Shown piece after piece: positions 29,332-39,263 of a stretch of 64,000 nucleotides of DNA. A program made the translations under genes and the position numbers. The DNA is taken from NCBI GenBank assembly GCA_934148535.1, contig CAKPDF010000003.1, positions 29,515-93,514 of the forward strand. The letters are read 5' to 3'. The notes under the pieces were generated by a model. The model was not told the DNA's origin, did not search any database, and saw only the letters and a list, made by a program, of their open reading frames with translations. Source of the stretch: an uncultured Bacilli bacterium. Its GTDB lineage: Bacteria; Bacillota_I; Bacilli_A; RF39; UBA660. The stretch's first letter is position 1. Every line of letters starts with the position of its first letter.

Positions 29332-29368
29332 AAACGATAAAAGACCAAAAATCTAATATCGTTTTTTT
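29332..29368. terminator. bidirectional hairpin between convergent noc-like and PBP genes
   Basis: AAACGATA...TATCGTTT with a large loop, flanked by an A-run and a T-run. Confidence 0.4.
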
Positions 29369-31376
29369 AATTACCATCTTCATTCGAAGAATTATCATCT
29401 GTAATAACTTCACTACTATTCTCTTCTTTAAAAACAGACTCAAAATTATAAGAATCATTATAACCAGGCTCAGTTCCCTTTAAATAGTAAAAAATTTTCT
29501 TCTTCTCACTATCATCAGTAGCAATCTCTCCATTAATAGGATTAACTAAAACCCCAACAACATTATCAGGAATATCATACCAACTATTATCCTTATCCTT
29601 ACAATATTCTTCCATAGTATCTATCCAAATATCCTTATGAATACCACTATCACTCTTACTTAATTTTCTATTATCATCATACCCACTCCAAATAGATAAA
29701 ACAGCATTTTTATTATATCCCATAATCCACATATCACAATCTGTAGTCCCAGTTTTAATTGCATATTTATTAGTAATTTTAGGAAGAAGCCCAATTACCG
29801 TAGGATAATTATAATCAATAAAGTCTTTATCATAAGTATAAGTAAGCATTTCACTAAGTATATAAGTTAAACTCTGATTAAGTACCATATTCTTTTCATT
29901 TTTAAACTCATATAAAACATTATCATCCTTATCACAAACCTTTGTAATAAAATGACTCTTAACCTCATAACCACTATTAGCAAAAGTAGAATACGCAGAA
30001 ACCATCTCCAACATACCAATTTCCCCAGTACCAAGTGCTAAAGAAGGAACAGCATCAAGCTTACTAGATATCCCCAATCTATTAGCCATATTCACAAGAC
30101 CATCTTCTCCCAAAAATATATCAGTTTTAACAGCATAAATATTATCTGAATATGATATAGCGGCTCCCATAGTAATAGGTCCATTAGCATAATTATTATT
30201 ATAGTTATTAGGCGTATAAGTCTTATTAGAAGAAAAATTAAAAGTAGTTCTCTCACTAGTAAAAGTAGAAGAAGAAGTAAAACCATTCTCCAAAGCATAA
30301 TAATATAATATTGGCTTCATAATAGAACCAACCTGTCTTTTAGACTTCACAGCCCTATTATATTGACTCTTAGAATAATCAAATCCCCCAATTAAAGCCA
30401 TTACTCCCCCATCATTAGGATTCATCATTATTCCAGAAACCTGCAACTCACTATCACTATTTTCTTTGCTCTTAACAGCACTCTCTAAATCCTTCTGTGC
30501 TTCACTATCCAAAGTAGTATATACCTTTAACTCTCCAGTATCAATCATAGATTTAGGAATAGAATCTATTGAATATAATTCCTCTACCACTGCATCCCTA
30601 AAATATAAAATATTCTGTAATTCACCTTCTTTAATCTTTCCAATATAACTTAAAGTAGTATTATAAGCCTCATTAACATCATTCTCTGTTATTTTTTTAT
30701 TATTTTTCATAGCAATAAGAACAACTTTCTGCCTTTTTTTAGCAAGACTTTCATTTACTAAAGGAGAATAATTAGAAGGTGATTGTGGAATACCTGCTAG
30801 CATAGAAGCCTCAGCAAGATTAAGATCCTTAGCACTCTTCCCAAAATAATACCAACTAGCATTCCCTATTCCATATATACCTCCATAATTTATAGTATTT
30901 AAATATCCCTCCAATATCTCTTCCTTAGAATAATGTGTCTCTATCTCAGCAGCCAGAATAGCCTCATCAAATTTTCTAGACCAAGTCTTATCATAATTTA
31001 AAAATAAATTTCTAGCATATTGTTGCGTAATAGTAGAAGCACCCTCATTCAAACTACCACTCTTAATATTATTAACCATAGCCTTCAGTATTCTAAAATA
31101 GTCAAATCCCAAATGTTTATAAAAATTCTTATCCTCAACACTTATAGTAGCGTCTATTAAATATTTACTAATATCATCAAGCTTAGCCCAATCATCCTTA
31201 CTATCTATAAGTATCTGCCCCTTATTATCATATAAATAATAAGATTTATTCTTAGCTAAAGATATTCTAGGAGTAATATAACAATATAAATAAAGTCCAA
31301 CATGAAATAAAATAAAAACTCCAATAAATATCAAAACTATATTTCTAAAAACCTTTAATTTCTTCATAAATTTCAC
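29367..31376 (-). CDS. class A penicillin-binding protein (GT51 transglycosylase + transpeptidase)
   Basis: N-terminal TM, GT51 motifs SVEDKNFYKHLGFD and GASTITQQ, and transpeptidase motifs (SIMKP as SxxK, KTGT). Confidence 0.9.
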   Translation of the reverse strand: MKFMKKLKVFRNIVLIFIGVFILFHVGLYLYCYITPRISLAKNKSYYLYDNKGQILIDSKDDWAKLDDISKYLIDATISVEDKNFYKHLGFDYFRILKAMVNNIKSGSLNEGASTITQQYARNLFLNYDKTWSRKFDEAILAAEIETHYSKEEILEGYLNTINYGGIYGIGNASWYYFGKSAKDLNLAEASMLAGIPQSPSNYSPLVNESLAKKRQKVVLIAMKNNKKITENDVNEAYNTTLSYIGKIKEGELQNILYFRDAVVEELYSIDSIPKSMIDTGELKVYTTLDSEAQKDLESAVKSKENSDSELQVSGIMMNPNDGGVMALIGGFDYSKSQYNRAVKSKRQVGSIMKPILYYYALENGFTSSSTFTSERTTFNFSSNKTYTPNNYNNNYANGPITMGAAISYSDNIYAVKTDIFLGEDGLVNMANRLGISSKLDAVPSLALGTGEIGMLEMVSAYSTFANSGYEVKSHFITKVCDKDDNVLYEFKNEKNMVLNQSLTYILSEMLTYTYDKDFIDYNYPTVIGLLPKITNKYAIKTGTTDCDMWIMGYNKNAVLSIWSGYDDNRKLSKSDSGIHKDIWIDTMEEYCKDKDNSWYDIPDNVVGVLVNPINGEIATDDSEKKKIFYYLKGTEPGYNDSYNFESVFKEENSSEVITDDNSSNEDGN

Positions 31377-31535
31377 TCTTTTCTATCAAATAAAAGACTA
31401 ATTTATCTCATATTTATATTATTAGTAAAAAAAATTAAAATATAAGTTTTATTTTTTAAAAACTTATGGTATAATGTCTACTGAATTATTTATAAGTTTG
31501 GAGGAGATATTACGAGAATAAAATTAGATGGATAT

Positions 31536-31883
31536 TTGCACAATTTAACAGAAAATACTAAAGATAATTTTAATGTTAAAGGAATTAAAAATAAAAACAA
31601 TATATCCTATATTCAAGATGATACAAAATTCAAAATAAAAATAATTAATCAAAACAAATTAATACTTACAAGAGAAAATAAAGAAATGATGCATACTTTT
31701 ATCTTTGATAAAAATAACCATACTCTATCTACTTATACCTTAAAAGAAAATATGATTAGTGTAGATATAGAAGTAATTGTAGATTTATTAGATATAAAAG
31801 AAGAAGAAATTAAAGTACGCTACCAAATACCAGATACACAAACTCTTTATGAATATAAAATAGAAATGAGGAATAACTTATGA
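31536..31883 (+). CDS. DUF1934-like small beta-barrel protein (YwiB-like); start uncertain
   Basis: Its size and its position overlapping the start of argS match ywiB-argS in Bacillus. The track start is a TTG. The frame stays open upstream to a GGAGGAG RBS (31499), so a non-ATG start near 31509 is possible. Confidence 0.5.
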   Translation: MHNLTENTKDNFNVKGIKNKNNISYIQDDTKFKIKIINQNKLILTRENKEMMHTFIFDKNNHTLSTYTLKENMISVDIEVIVDLLDIKEEEIKVRYQIPDTQTLYEYKIEMRNNL

Positions 31884-33514
31884 GTATAAAACAAACTATA
31901 GTACATATTATAAAATGTAGTTTAGATAAATTAAATATAGACACTATAGAAGATAACATTGTAATTAATATTCCATCCAATAAAGAAAATGGAGATTACT
32001 CTTCAAATATTGCCCTAATTTTAGCATCAAAACTACATAAAAATCCAATTGATATAGCGCAAACTATTGTAGAAAATATTGAAGATAATGAAGTAATTGA
32101 TAGTATAGCTATAGCAAAACCTGGATTTATTAATATCTTTATAAAAAAAGATTATTTATTAAAAGGTATAAAAGAAATATTAACCTTACAAAATCATTAT
32201 GGTGACAGCACTATTGGTAATAATGAAAAAATAAATGTAGAATTCGTAAGTGCTAATCCTACAGGTATCCTACACATAGGTCATGGAAGAGGTGCAGCTT
32301 ATGGAGATAATCTAAGTAGAATATTATTAAAAAATGGCTTTGATGTAACCAAAGAATACTATATCAATGATGCTGGAAATCAAATGAATAACCTAGGTAT
32401 ATCTATAAAAGAAAGATATAGAGAATTATGTGGCTTAGAATGTAACTTACCAGAAAATGGTTATCATGGAAAAGAAATAATAGAACTAGCCAAAAAATTA
32501 CATGATGAATATGGAAATACCTTATTAGATAAAGATATAGAATACTTTAAAAAACAAGGATTAAACGTATTATTAGAGCAAATAAAAAAAGACTTAGACA
32601 GATTTAGAGTAAATTTCAACGTATTTACAAGTGAACAATCATTATATGATAGAAATGCTGTAGAAGAAGTATTAACAGAATTAAAAAATACTGATCATTG
32701 CTATATAAAAGATGATGCCCTATGGTTAAAAACAACAGAATACGGAGATGAAAAAGACAGAGTCTTAGTTAAAAATGATGGTGATTATACATACTTCTTA
32801 CCAGATATAGCATATCATAAATATAAATATGAAAGAAACTTTGATAAATTAATAGATGTATTAGGTTCAGATCATCATGGCTATATTAACAGATTAAAAG
32901 CTGCTATGAAAATATTAGGAGAAGATAGTGATAAACTAGAAATAAAAATACTACAAATGGTAAGGCTTATCAAAGATGGAGCAGAATTCAAATTAAGTAA
33001 AAGAACTGGAAAATCAGTAACCCTAATGGAATTATTAGATGATATAGGAATAAATGCTACAAGATATTTCTTTGCATCTCATAGTCTTGATACAAGTATG
33101 GATCTAGATTTAGATTTAGCATTAAAACAATCAAATGAAAATCCAGTATATTATATAGAATATGCCAATGCAAGAATATGCTCTATCATTAAAAATAGTA
33201 AATTTAGAATATCAGAACTTCAAAATATAGATAAATTTGTAACATTAACTAGTGATATGACATATAGTATTTTGAATAAACTATATGAGTATCCTGACTT
33301 AGTAATAAGTGCTGGAATAAAAGAACAACCACATATTATAGCAAATTACGCTTATTCTTTAGCAGCGCTATTCCATTCTTATTATCAACAAGAAAAAATA
33401 ATTACTAGTGATACTCAAAAAACAAAAGAAAGAGTTGCCTTATTAATGGCTATAAAAATAGTACTTAATAATGCCTTAGATTTAATAGGTATTATACCAA
33501 GAGAGGAAATGTAG
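31880..33514 (+). CDS. argS: arginine--tRNA ligase
   Basis: Class I HIGH motif (PTGILHIGHGRG), DHHGY, and the MSTR-like KLSKRTGK. Confidence 0.95.
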   Translation: MSIKQTIVHIIKCSLDKLNIDTIEDNIVINIPSNKENGDYSSNIALILASKLHKNPIDIAQTIVENIEDNEVIDSIAIAKPGFINIFIKKDYLLKGIKEILTLQNHYGDSTIGNNEKINVEFVSANPTGILHIGHGRGAAYGDNLSRILLKNGFDVTKEYYINDAGNQMNNLGISIKERYRELCGLECNLPENGYHGKEIIELAKKLHDEYGNTLLDKDIEYFKKQGLNVLLEQIKKDLDRFRVNFNVFTSEQSLYDRNAVEEVLTELKNTDHCYIKDDALWLKTTEYGDEKDRVLVKNDGDYTYFLPDIAYHKYKYERNFDKLIDVLGSDHHGYINRLKAAMKILGEDSDKLEIKILQMVRLIKDGAEFKLSKRTGKSVTLMELLDDIGINATRYFFASHSLDTSMDLDLDLALKQSNENPVYYIEYANARICSIIKNSKFRISELQNIDKFVTLTSDMTYSILNKLYEYPDLVISAGIKEQPHIIANYAYSLAALFHSYYQQEKIITSDTQKTKERVALLMAIKIVLNNALDLIGIIPREEM

Positions 33515-33526
33515 GAGAGGATAAAT

Positions 33527-33970
33527 ATGAAATTAGATAAAATGACAAAAGAAGAATTAGAATTAATGCCTTATACAGAGTTAGCAGCCCTTTATTTAAA
33601 AGAACATGGTAAGACTATGAATACAGCAGATTTATTTAAAGCAATATGTAATTTATTAGAATTACCAGAATCAGTATATGTAGATAAAATAGCAGATTTT
33701 TTTGCATCACTTACAACTAATAAAGATTTTATTCTTTTAGAAGATGGAACTTGGGATTTAAAATCTAATCATTCAGTAAAACTAAATATGGATGATATCT
33801 ATGAAGAAAAAGAAGATTTAGAAGAAGAAAATACTGACAATGAAGATGAAGTAGAAGATGCAGAAGAACCAGATGATATAGATTCATTAGATGATGAAAA
33901 TTATATAGATGACGATGATGATGACTTAGCAGAGTTAACAATAGTTAATGATGATGAATTAGAAGAATAG
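33527..33970 (+). CDS. rpoE: RNA polymerase delta subunit
   Basis: An N-terminal HARE-HTH-like domain (ELELMPYTELAALYLKEHG...) is followed by a long Asp/Glu tail. Confidence 0.85.
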   Translation: MKLDKMTKEELELMPYTELAALYLKEHGKTMNTADLFKAICNLLELPESVYVDKIADFFASLTTNKDFILLEDGTWDLKSNHSVKLNMDDIYEEKEDLEEENTDNEDEVEDAEEPDDIDSLDDENYIDDDDDDLAELTIVNDDELEE

Positions 33971-34035
33971 CACATTTATGTGTTATTTTTTTAAAGTACA
34001 ATACATAATATTTATATTAAAATCTTAATATATGT

Positions 34036-34087
34036 AAAATTCGGAATACAATTCCGAATTTTCTAAAGAGCCTTGCTCTTTTTTCTT
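34036..34087 (+). terminator. two tandem hairpins after rpoE
   Basis: The first is the perfect inverted repeat AAAATTCGGAAT-aca-ATTCCGAATTTT. The second is AAGAGC-cttg-GCTCTT plus TTTT. The first could also be an operator. Confidence 0.5.
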
Positions 34088-34138
34088 ATGTTCTAATAAT
34101 TTTATTACTACATATATTTAAACGAAGGGAGAATAAAT

Positions 34139-35065
34139 ATGAGTAATAATAAAATAACAATAGGAATTCCCAAAGGACTTTTGTATTATAGATATAATAC
34201 TTTATGGACAACTTATCTAAAAAAATTAAATTGTAATATAATATACTCTAGTGATACCACTAAAAATACTATAGAATTAGGAAAAAAATATTTAGTAGAT
34301 GAAACCTGTCTACCATCTAAAATATATTTGGGACATGTAAAAGAATTAGTAGGTAAATGTGACTATATTCTAGTACCAAGAATATCAGACTATGGAAGAA
34401 AAGAAAAAGTATGTGTTAGATTTAATGCAACTTATGACATAATACACAATGCCTTTCCCAATCAGAAAATACTTGATTATAACATAGAGTATACTCACCA
34501 TCACAAAGAATCTTTATCCTTAATATTATTAGGACTAAAAATAAATAAAAATATCTTTAAAGTAATATTTTCGTATTACCAAGCAAAATTAGAAGAAAAG
34601 AAATATAATAAAATACGTTTACTAAATCAAAATAAATTACTAAATAACAATTCTATTAAAATATTAATAGTCTCCCATCCCTATAATATATATGACAAAT
34701 ATATAGGATATCCAATCAAAAATTTCCTAAAAAGCCAAAATGTAGATTTAATATATGCAGATGTTTTAGATAAGAAAATAGCAAAAGCGTATTCAGAAAA
34801 ATTATCCCCTACTCTTTATTGGACTTATTCTAAAGAATTAATAGGAGCAATAGAATATTACAAACATTCTGTAGATGGCATAATATTTATAACCTCATTC
34901 CCCTGTGGTCCAGATTCCTTAGTAAATGAATTAATGTTAAGAAAAATAACTGATATCCCCAAAACCAACATCTTAATAGATGAATCGTCAGCAGAAGCAG
35001 GAATCCAAACAAGGTTAGAAAGTTTTATAGACATAATAAAAGGAAAGAAGGAAAAAGATGACTAA
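34139..35065 (+). CDS. acyl-CoA dehydratase activase-related protein (DUF2229-type)
   Basis: IGIPKGLLYYRY..LW..Y...L...I..S..T.K...LG.K..VDE.CLP.K...GHV is the N-terminal pattern I associate with this family. Confidence 0.5.
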   Translation: MSNNKITIGIPKGLLYYRYNTLWTTYLKKLNCNIIYSSDTTKNTIELGKKYLVDETCLPSKIYLGHVKELVGKCDYILVPRISDYGRKEKVCVRFNATYDIIHNAFPNQKILDYNIEYTHHHKESLSLILLGLKINKNIFKVIFSYYQAKLEEKKYNKIRLLNQNKLLNNNSIKILIVSHPYNIYDKYIGYPIKNFLKSQNVDLIYADVLDKKIAKAYSEKLSPTLYWTYSKELIGAIEYYKHSVDGIIFITSFPCGPDSLVNELMLRKITDIPKTNILIDESSAEAGIQTRLESFIDIIKGKKEKDD

Positions 35066-36128
35066 AACAATAACATTTCCCCATCTAGGAGATTATTATA
35101 TACCAATTTCCTACCTATTAAAAAATATAACTAAACAAAATATTTTAATTCCGCCAAAAATAACAAAAAAGACAATAGAATTAGGAAGTGCTAACTCTCC
35201 TGACTATGTCTGTGTACCATTTAAATATAATTTAGGTAATTTTATAGAAGCATTAGACTTAGGAGCGGATACGATTCTTCAAGCAGGTGGAGGATGTAGA
35301 TATGGATATTATGCAGAACTTCAAGAACAAATCTTGAAATCATTAAACTACAAATTTACACTTATAAATTTCATTAAAGATAATCATGTCTCCATAAATA
35401 ATATATATAAATTTGCCAAAGAAAATAATAAATCATTGACTAGAATAAAGTTTTATTATTATTTATTAAACACTGTATTAATGGTAATTATAATGGATAA
35501 ATTGGGAAAATATCCCAGAGAGAATATGGGATTTGAATTAGAAAAAAATTCATATATAAACACCGAAAAAAAATTATTTCTAGAATTACAAAATAAAATT
35601 AATCCCTTCAAACTATTAAAAATATATAAAAAGTATAAAAGAAAGTATAAAAATATTAAAATAAATAAACCCAAAAATTGTATAAAAATAGGAATAGTAG
35701 GAGAATTATACTCTATTATGGAACCATATTGCAGTAGTAATGTAGAAAGAAAACTAGCATCACTTGGAATAGAAGTTCATAGATTTACTACCCTAACCTA
35801 TCTTTTATTTATTAAAAAATATAAATTAAAATATTATCTCCATAAAGGTAAAAAATATCTAAAGTACCACCTCGGCGCGGACGCAACAGAATCGGTAGTA
35901 TTATCTAATATCTTAGCAAAAAAGCATTATGATGGAATAGTACACATAAAGTCATTTGGTTGTACCCCAGAATTAAATGCTATGCCAATATTAGAAAAAA
36001 TAAGTCTAGATTACAACATCCCAATAATATATTTTAGTTTTGATGCTAATGATAATGAAACAGGATATAATACCAGAATAGAAGCATTTTATGACATGTT
36101 AGTCCAAAAGAAAAATAAACAAAAGTAA
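35058..36128 (+). CDS. 2-hydroxyacyl-CoA dehydratase / CoA-enzyme activase-related family protein
   Basis: FPHLGDYYIP...PP.T.KT.ELG...SPD.VC.PFK...GN.IEAL, and C-terminal SFGC.PE. It overlaps the preceding gene, so it is likely co-translated. Confidence 0.45.
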   Translation: MTKTITFPHLGDYYIPISYLLKNITKQNILIPPKITKKTIELGSANSPDYVCVPFKYNLGNFIEALDLGADTILQAGGGCRYGYYAELQEQILKSLNYKFTLINFIKDNHVSINNIYKFAKENNKSLTRIKFYYYLLNTVLMVIIMDKLGKYPRENMGFELEKNSYINTEKKLFLELQNKINPFKLLKIYKKYKRKYKNIKINKPKNCIKIGIVGELYSIMEPYCSSNVERKLASLGIEVHRFTTLTYLLFIKKYKLKYYLHKGKKYLKYHLGADATESVVLSNILAKKHYDGIVHIKSFGCTPELNAMPILEKISLDYNIPIIYFSFDANDNETGYNTRIEAFYDMLVQKKNKQK

Positions 36129-36304
36129 GTAAATACAAAACATAATTATAATTACAATAAGTTAAATATTTATCATATAAAAAATAATTAACAAAAGTTA
36201 ATTGTTTTTTTAAATATTAAAATAATGACTTTTTAAGAAAAATTTGCTACAATTAATAAGTAATAATAACAAACGAAGAAAGTAGTTTTATTTAAGGAGG
36301 CATT

Positions 36305-37807
36305 ATGAAAAATATAATTAAAAATTATCACTTACTTTATAGTATTTTAATAATATTATGCATTTGCTTTTTAAGTATAGGATTTTCAGCTTTTCAAAAC
36401 AAATTATATATCGATGATATAGGATTAACAGTAAAAGTCGATAAAGATATTAGAATTATGGGAGTACAAATTGACTCAGTTAATAATGCTATTAGTACAT
36501 ATGAAGATTATAATGTATCTAATATTAATTCAAATATAAAATTAGAAAGTGAAGATTCTTATATAATATATAATGTTGACATATATAATTTAGGTAACGT
36601 AGAAATGGGATTAAAAGAAATAAATATTAATAATGAAAATTTAAAAGTAGAAATTATTAACTATAATTTAAAAACAAAACTATGTGAAGATAACGATAAA
36701 TGTAGCTCAGGAGCTAAAATAAAATTAAAAGTAAAAGTATCATATCAAAATGGGAAATATGATAATACAGCAACAATGTATAATATTAAAATAGACTTTT
36801 CTTTTGGAAGAATTTATAACATTAATTATAATGATATTGACTCCACTAATTTACCAAAGGAAATAATAGAAGGAGAAACATTAAATGTAAATATTACTAA
36901 TCAAATTGATTATTTTTTAAAAGTATTTATGAATAACAAAAAATTATCCAGTGAAAGTGATTATCAATATGAAAATGATAATTTGATTGTTCCAAACGTT
37001 AATGGAGATATCAATATTTATTTTAAAATGCCAATTTGTCAAAGAGCAACTACACTACATACTGAAGAATGTATGGGAAATTATTGCGCTGGAATGGGAT
37101 ATAAAGTTGATGGTAGTATGGGAACAAAAACAATTACATTTGGTTCCTTAGGAACATCAGGAACATTATCATCTGGGGATGCCTTTGATTGCGATGTAAA
37201 TGGAGATGGAATATATGATTCTACAACCGAAAGATTTTATTATGTTACCGATATGGAAAAAGATATTGCTGTTTTAATATATTATAACAATGTTAGCGAG
37301 GGAAAACCTGACAATAGTAAATTTTATCCATATGATGCTTCAAAAGAAAACTGGCATGGACCAAGAAGTGCAATAGAACAACTCCCAACGAAAAGTCAAT
37401 GGAGCAATGTAAAATTGTACAATACCGAAAAAATTATAAAAAATGAATATGATACTACAAGTAATAAAGACGGAAATACTTATCCAGAAGTATTTAGTTA
37501 TTCAAAGTATGCAGCAAGGATTTTAACACTAAAAGAATTAAAAGGCATTGTTGATTTCTATATCCCATCATGGAAAACTGGAGAATTTGACAAACATCTT
37601 TACCTAGTTGAGAATACTAATTTTTCTAAAAAAAATAATTCAAACTTCGATGGTTATTGGTTAGAGACTCCTAGAAATACTATGTCAACTTATGCTTGGA
37701 TGGTTTATGCTACAACAAGACGTGTTCATAGCGTAGAAGTTAATAGAGATGATATTTTAGGAGTACGTCCCGTAATAGAAGTTCAAAAAAGTGATATATC
37801 ATATTAA
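36305..37807 (+). CDS. membrane-anchored extracellular protein, function unknown
   Basis: An N-terminal TM anchor, a Cys-containing middle region, and a C-terminal ...GYWLETPR...GVRPVIEV motif seen in many uncharacterised Firmicute surface proteins. Confidence 0.5.
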   Translation: MKNIIKNYHLLYSILIILCICFLSIGFSAFQNKLYIDDIGLTVKVDKDIRIMGVQIDSVNNAISTYEDYNVSNINSNIKLESEDSYIIYNVDIYNLGNVEMGLKEININNENLKVEIINYNLKTKLCEDNDKCSSGAKIKLKVKVSYQNGKYDNTATMYNIKIDFSFGRIYNINYNDIDSTNLPKEIIEGETLNVNITNQIDYFLKVFMNNKKLSSESDYQYENDNLIVPNVNGDINIYFKMPICQRATTLHTEECMGNYCAGMGYKVDGSMGTKTITFGSLGTSGTLSSGDAFDCDVNGDGIYDSTTERFYYVTDMEKDIAVLIYYNNVSEGKPDNSKFYPYDASKENWHGPRSAIEQLPTKSQWSNVKLYNTEKIIKNEYDTTSNKDGNTYPEVFSYSKYAARILTLKELKGIVDFYIPSWKTGEFDKHLYLVENTNFSKKNNSNFDGYWLETPRNTMSTYAWMVYATTRRVHSVEVNRDDILGVRPVIEVQKSDISY

Positions 37808-37919
37808 AAAATATCAATTATTTAATTCACTAAATAAAAAAATAAAATAAATAATAAAATTACTTTTGTATCCTAAATATTTATGATATAATATTAATGA
37901 ATAAAAAGGAGAATGCAAT

Positions 37920-38588
37920 ATGAATATATTAATTTATTTTTGTATCCTATTATTATCTTTATTAACAATATATATAGCAAATAAAAATAAAGATAAAATA
38001 GGACTAATAGTATCATTTGTTATAATGAACTTATTATCATTTATACTAGCATTTAAATATATAACAATATCAAACCTAACTATTAATGCTAACTCTATAA
38101 CATATATAACTTTGCTAAGTATATTATATCTATATCTAGAAAAAACAAACAAAAAAGAAACAAAAAAACTAATAAACATAAATACAACTATAAATATATT
38201 TATTGTCTCTCTATTAGCATTAATGTCTCTTTATATTCAGTCATTAGATGATACAATAGGAATTAATATGAAAAATGTATTTTTAGATAACTATAGACTT
38301 TTAATAGCATATCCCCTATCAACAACATTAAGCTTTTATGGAATATTATGGATATATGAAAAAGTTAAAAATATATATGATAATATGTTTATAACAAACA
38401 CTGTAACATTTTTACTAATAGGCTTAATAGATCTAATAATATTTGCATCTATTGGATACTTATTTACACTTAGTATTAAAACAATAATAAAATTAATATT
38501 ATCCACATATATGTTGAAAATATTATTAACAGTAATATATTCTATCTTCTTAATGTTAATTCAAAATAAAAAGAAGGTGAAAAAATGA
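37920..38588 (+). CDS. VUT/DUF165-family (YhhQ-like queuosine-precursor) transporter, paralog 1
   Basis: About 6 TM helices over 222 aa. The pattern R.LIAYPLST...Y..W.Y.K.....N.F.TN.V..L.....D..IF resembles VUT-family signatures. Confidence 0.45.
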   Translation: MNILIYFCILLLSLLTIYIANKNKDKIGLIVSFVIMNLLSFILAFKYITISNLTINANSITYITLLSILYLYLEKTNKKETKKLININTTINIFIVSLLALMSLYIQSLDDTIGINMKNVFLDNYRLLIAYPLSTTLSFYGILWIYEKVKNIYDNMFITNTVTFLLIGLIDLIIFASIGYLFTLSIKTIIKLILSTYMLKILLTVIYSIFLMLIQNKKKVKK

Positions 38589-39250
38589 ATATAGTATATC
38601 TAATAATAGAATTATTAATATGTTTCAGTGTCATAACATACCTATATAAAAAATATTCTTACAATGGATTATATGTATATGCAACCACTTCATTAGTTTT
38701 ATCAAATTTGATGTCATTAAAAACAATAGATATATTTGATTTTACATTAAATCTAGGATTAATCCCATTTGTCTCTTTATTTATAGTAGCAAATATTATT
38801 GTCCAAAAAAAAGGAATAGAAGAAATAAAGAATTTAATAATAATATTATTAATTACCTCTGTTCTATCCTACATAATATTACTATTAGTAAGTAAAATGG
38901 ATTCTAGTATTATTAATCAATGGACAAGCGCATCATATGATAATATATTTATTAATAGTCCAAGAATATATTTTGCAAATATTGTAACAATGCTATATAT
39001 GTTATATTTAAATTCAATATTATATTACTACTTAAAAAAAGAAAAAAATAAAATATGGATAAGTAATATAGTATCAACAGTAATAATTCATTTTTTTGCC
39101 ACTATAGTATTTATTTCACTAGCGTATGCTATAACAACAAAAATAGATAAAATAATAGGAATGTTATTAATAAGATACATATTAAGTATTGTAATAGGTT
39201 TATTTGGCACTATAATAATTTATATAAATAATAATATAAAAGAAAAGTAA
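38585..39250 (+). CDS. VUT/DUF165-family transporter, paralog 2
   Basis: Same size and topology as paralog 1, with ISNIVSTVIIHFFATIVFISLAY. The start overlaps the stop of paralog 1 (ATGA). Confidence 0.45.
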   Translation: MNIVYLIIELLICFSVITYLYKKYSYNGLYVYATTSLVLSNLMSLKTIDIFDFTLNLGLIPFVSLFIVANIIVQKKGIEEIKNLIIILLITSVLSYIILLLVSKMDSSIINQWTSASYDNIFINSPRIYFANIVTMLYMLYLNSILYYYLKKEKNKIWISNIVSTVIIHFFATIVFISLAYAITTKIDKIIGMLLIRYILSIVIGLFGTIIIYINNNIKEK

Positions 39251-39263
39251 GGAAGTATGTATT

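Noticed and set aside
20820-30648. Antisense track ORFs within jag, mnmE, mnmG, rsmG, the 275-aa protein gene, the noc-like gene and the PBP gene (20820-21119, 22971-23366, 24171-24461, 25077-25427, 25997-26200, 26957-27226, 27559-27744, 28213-28404, 28413-28622, 30092-30298, 30466-30648)
   Set aside because: All are embedded opposite strongly supported genes. Their translations are dominated by Leu/Phe/Ile/Tyr runs, and there are no translation signals.
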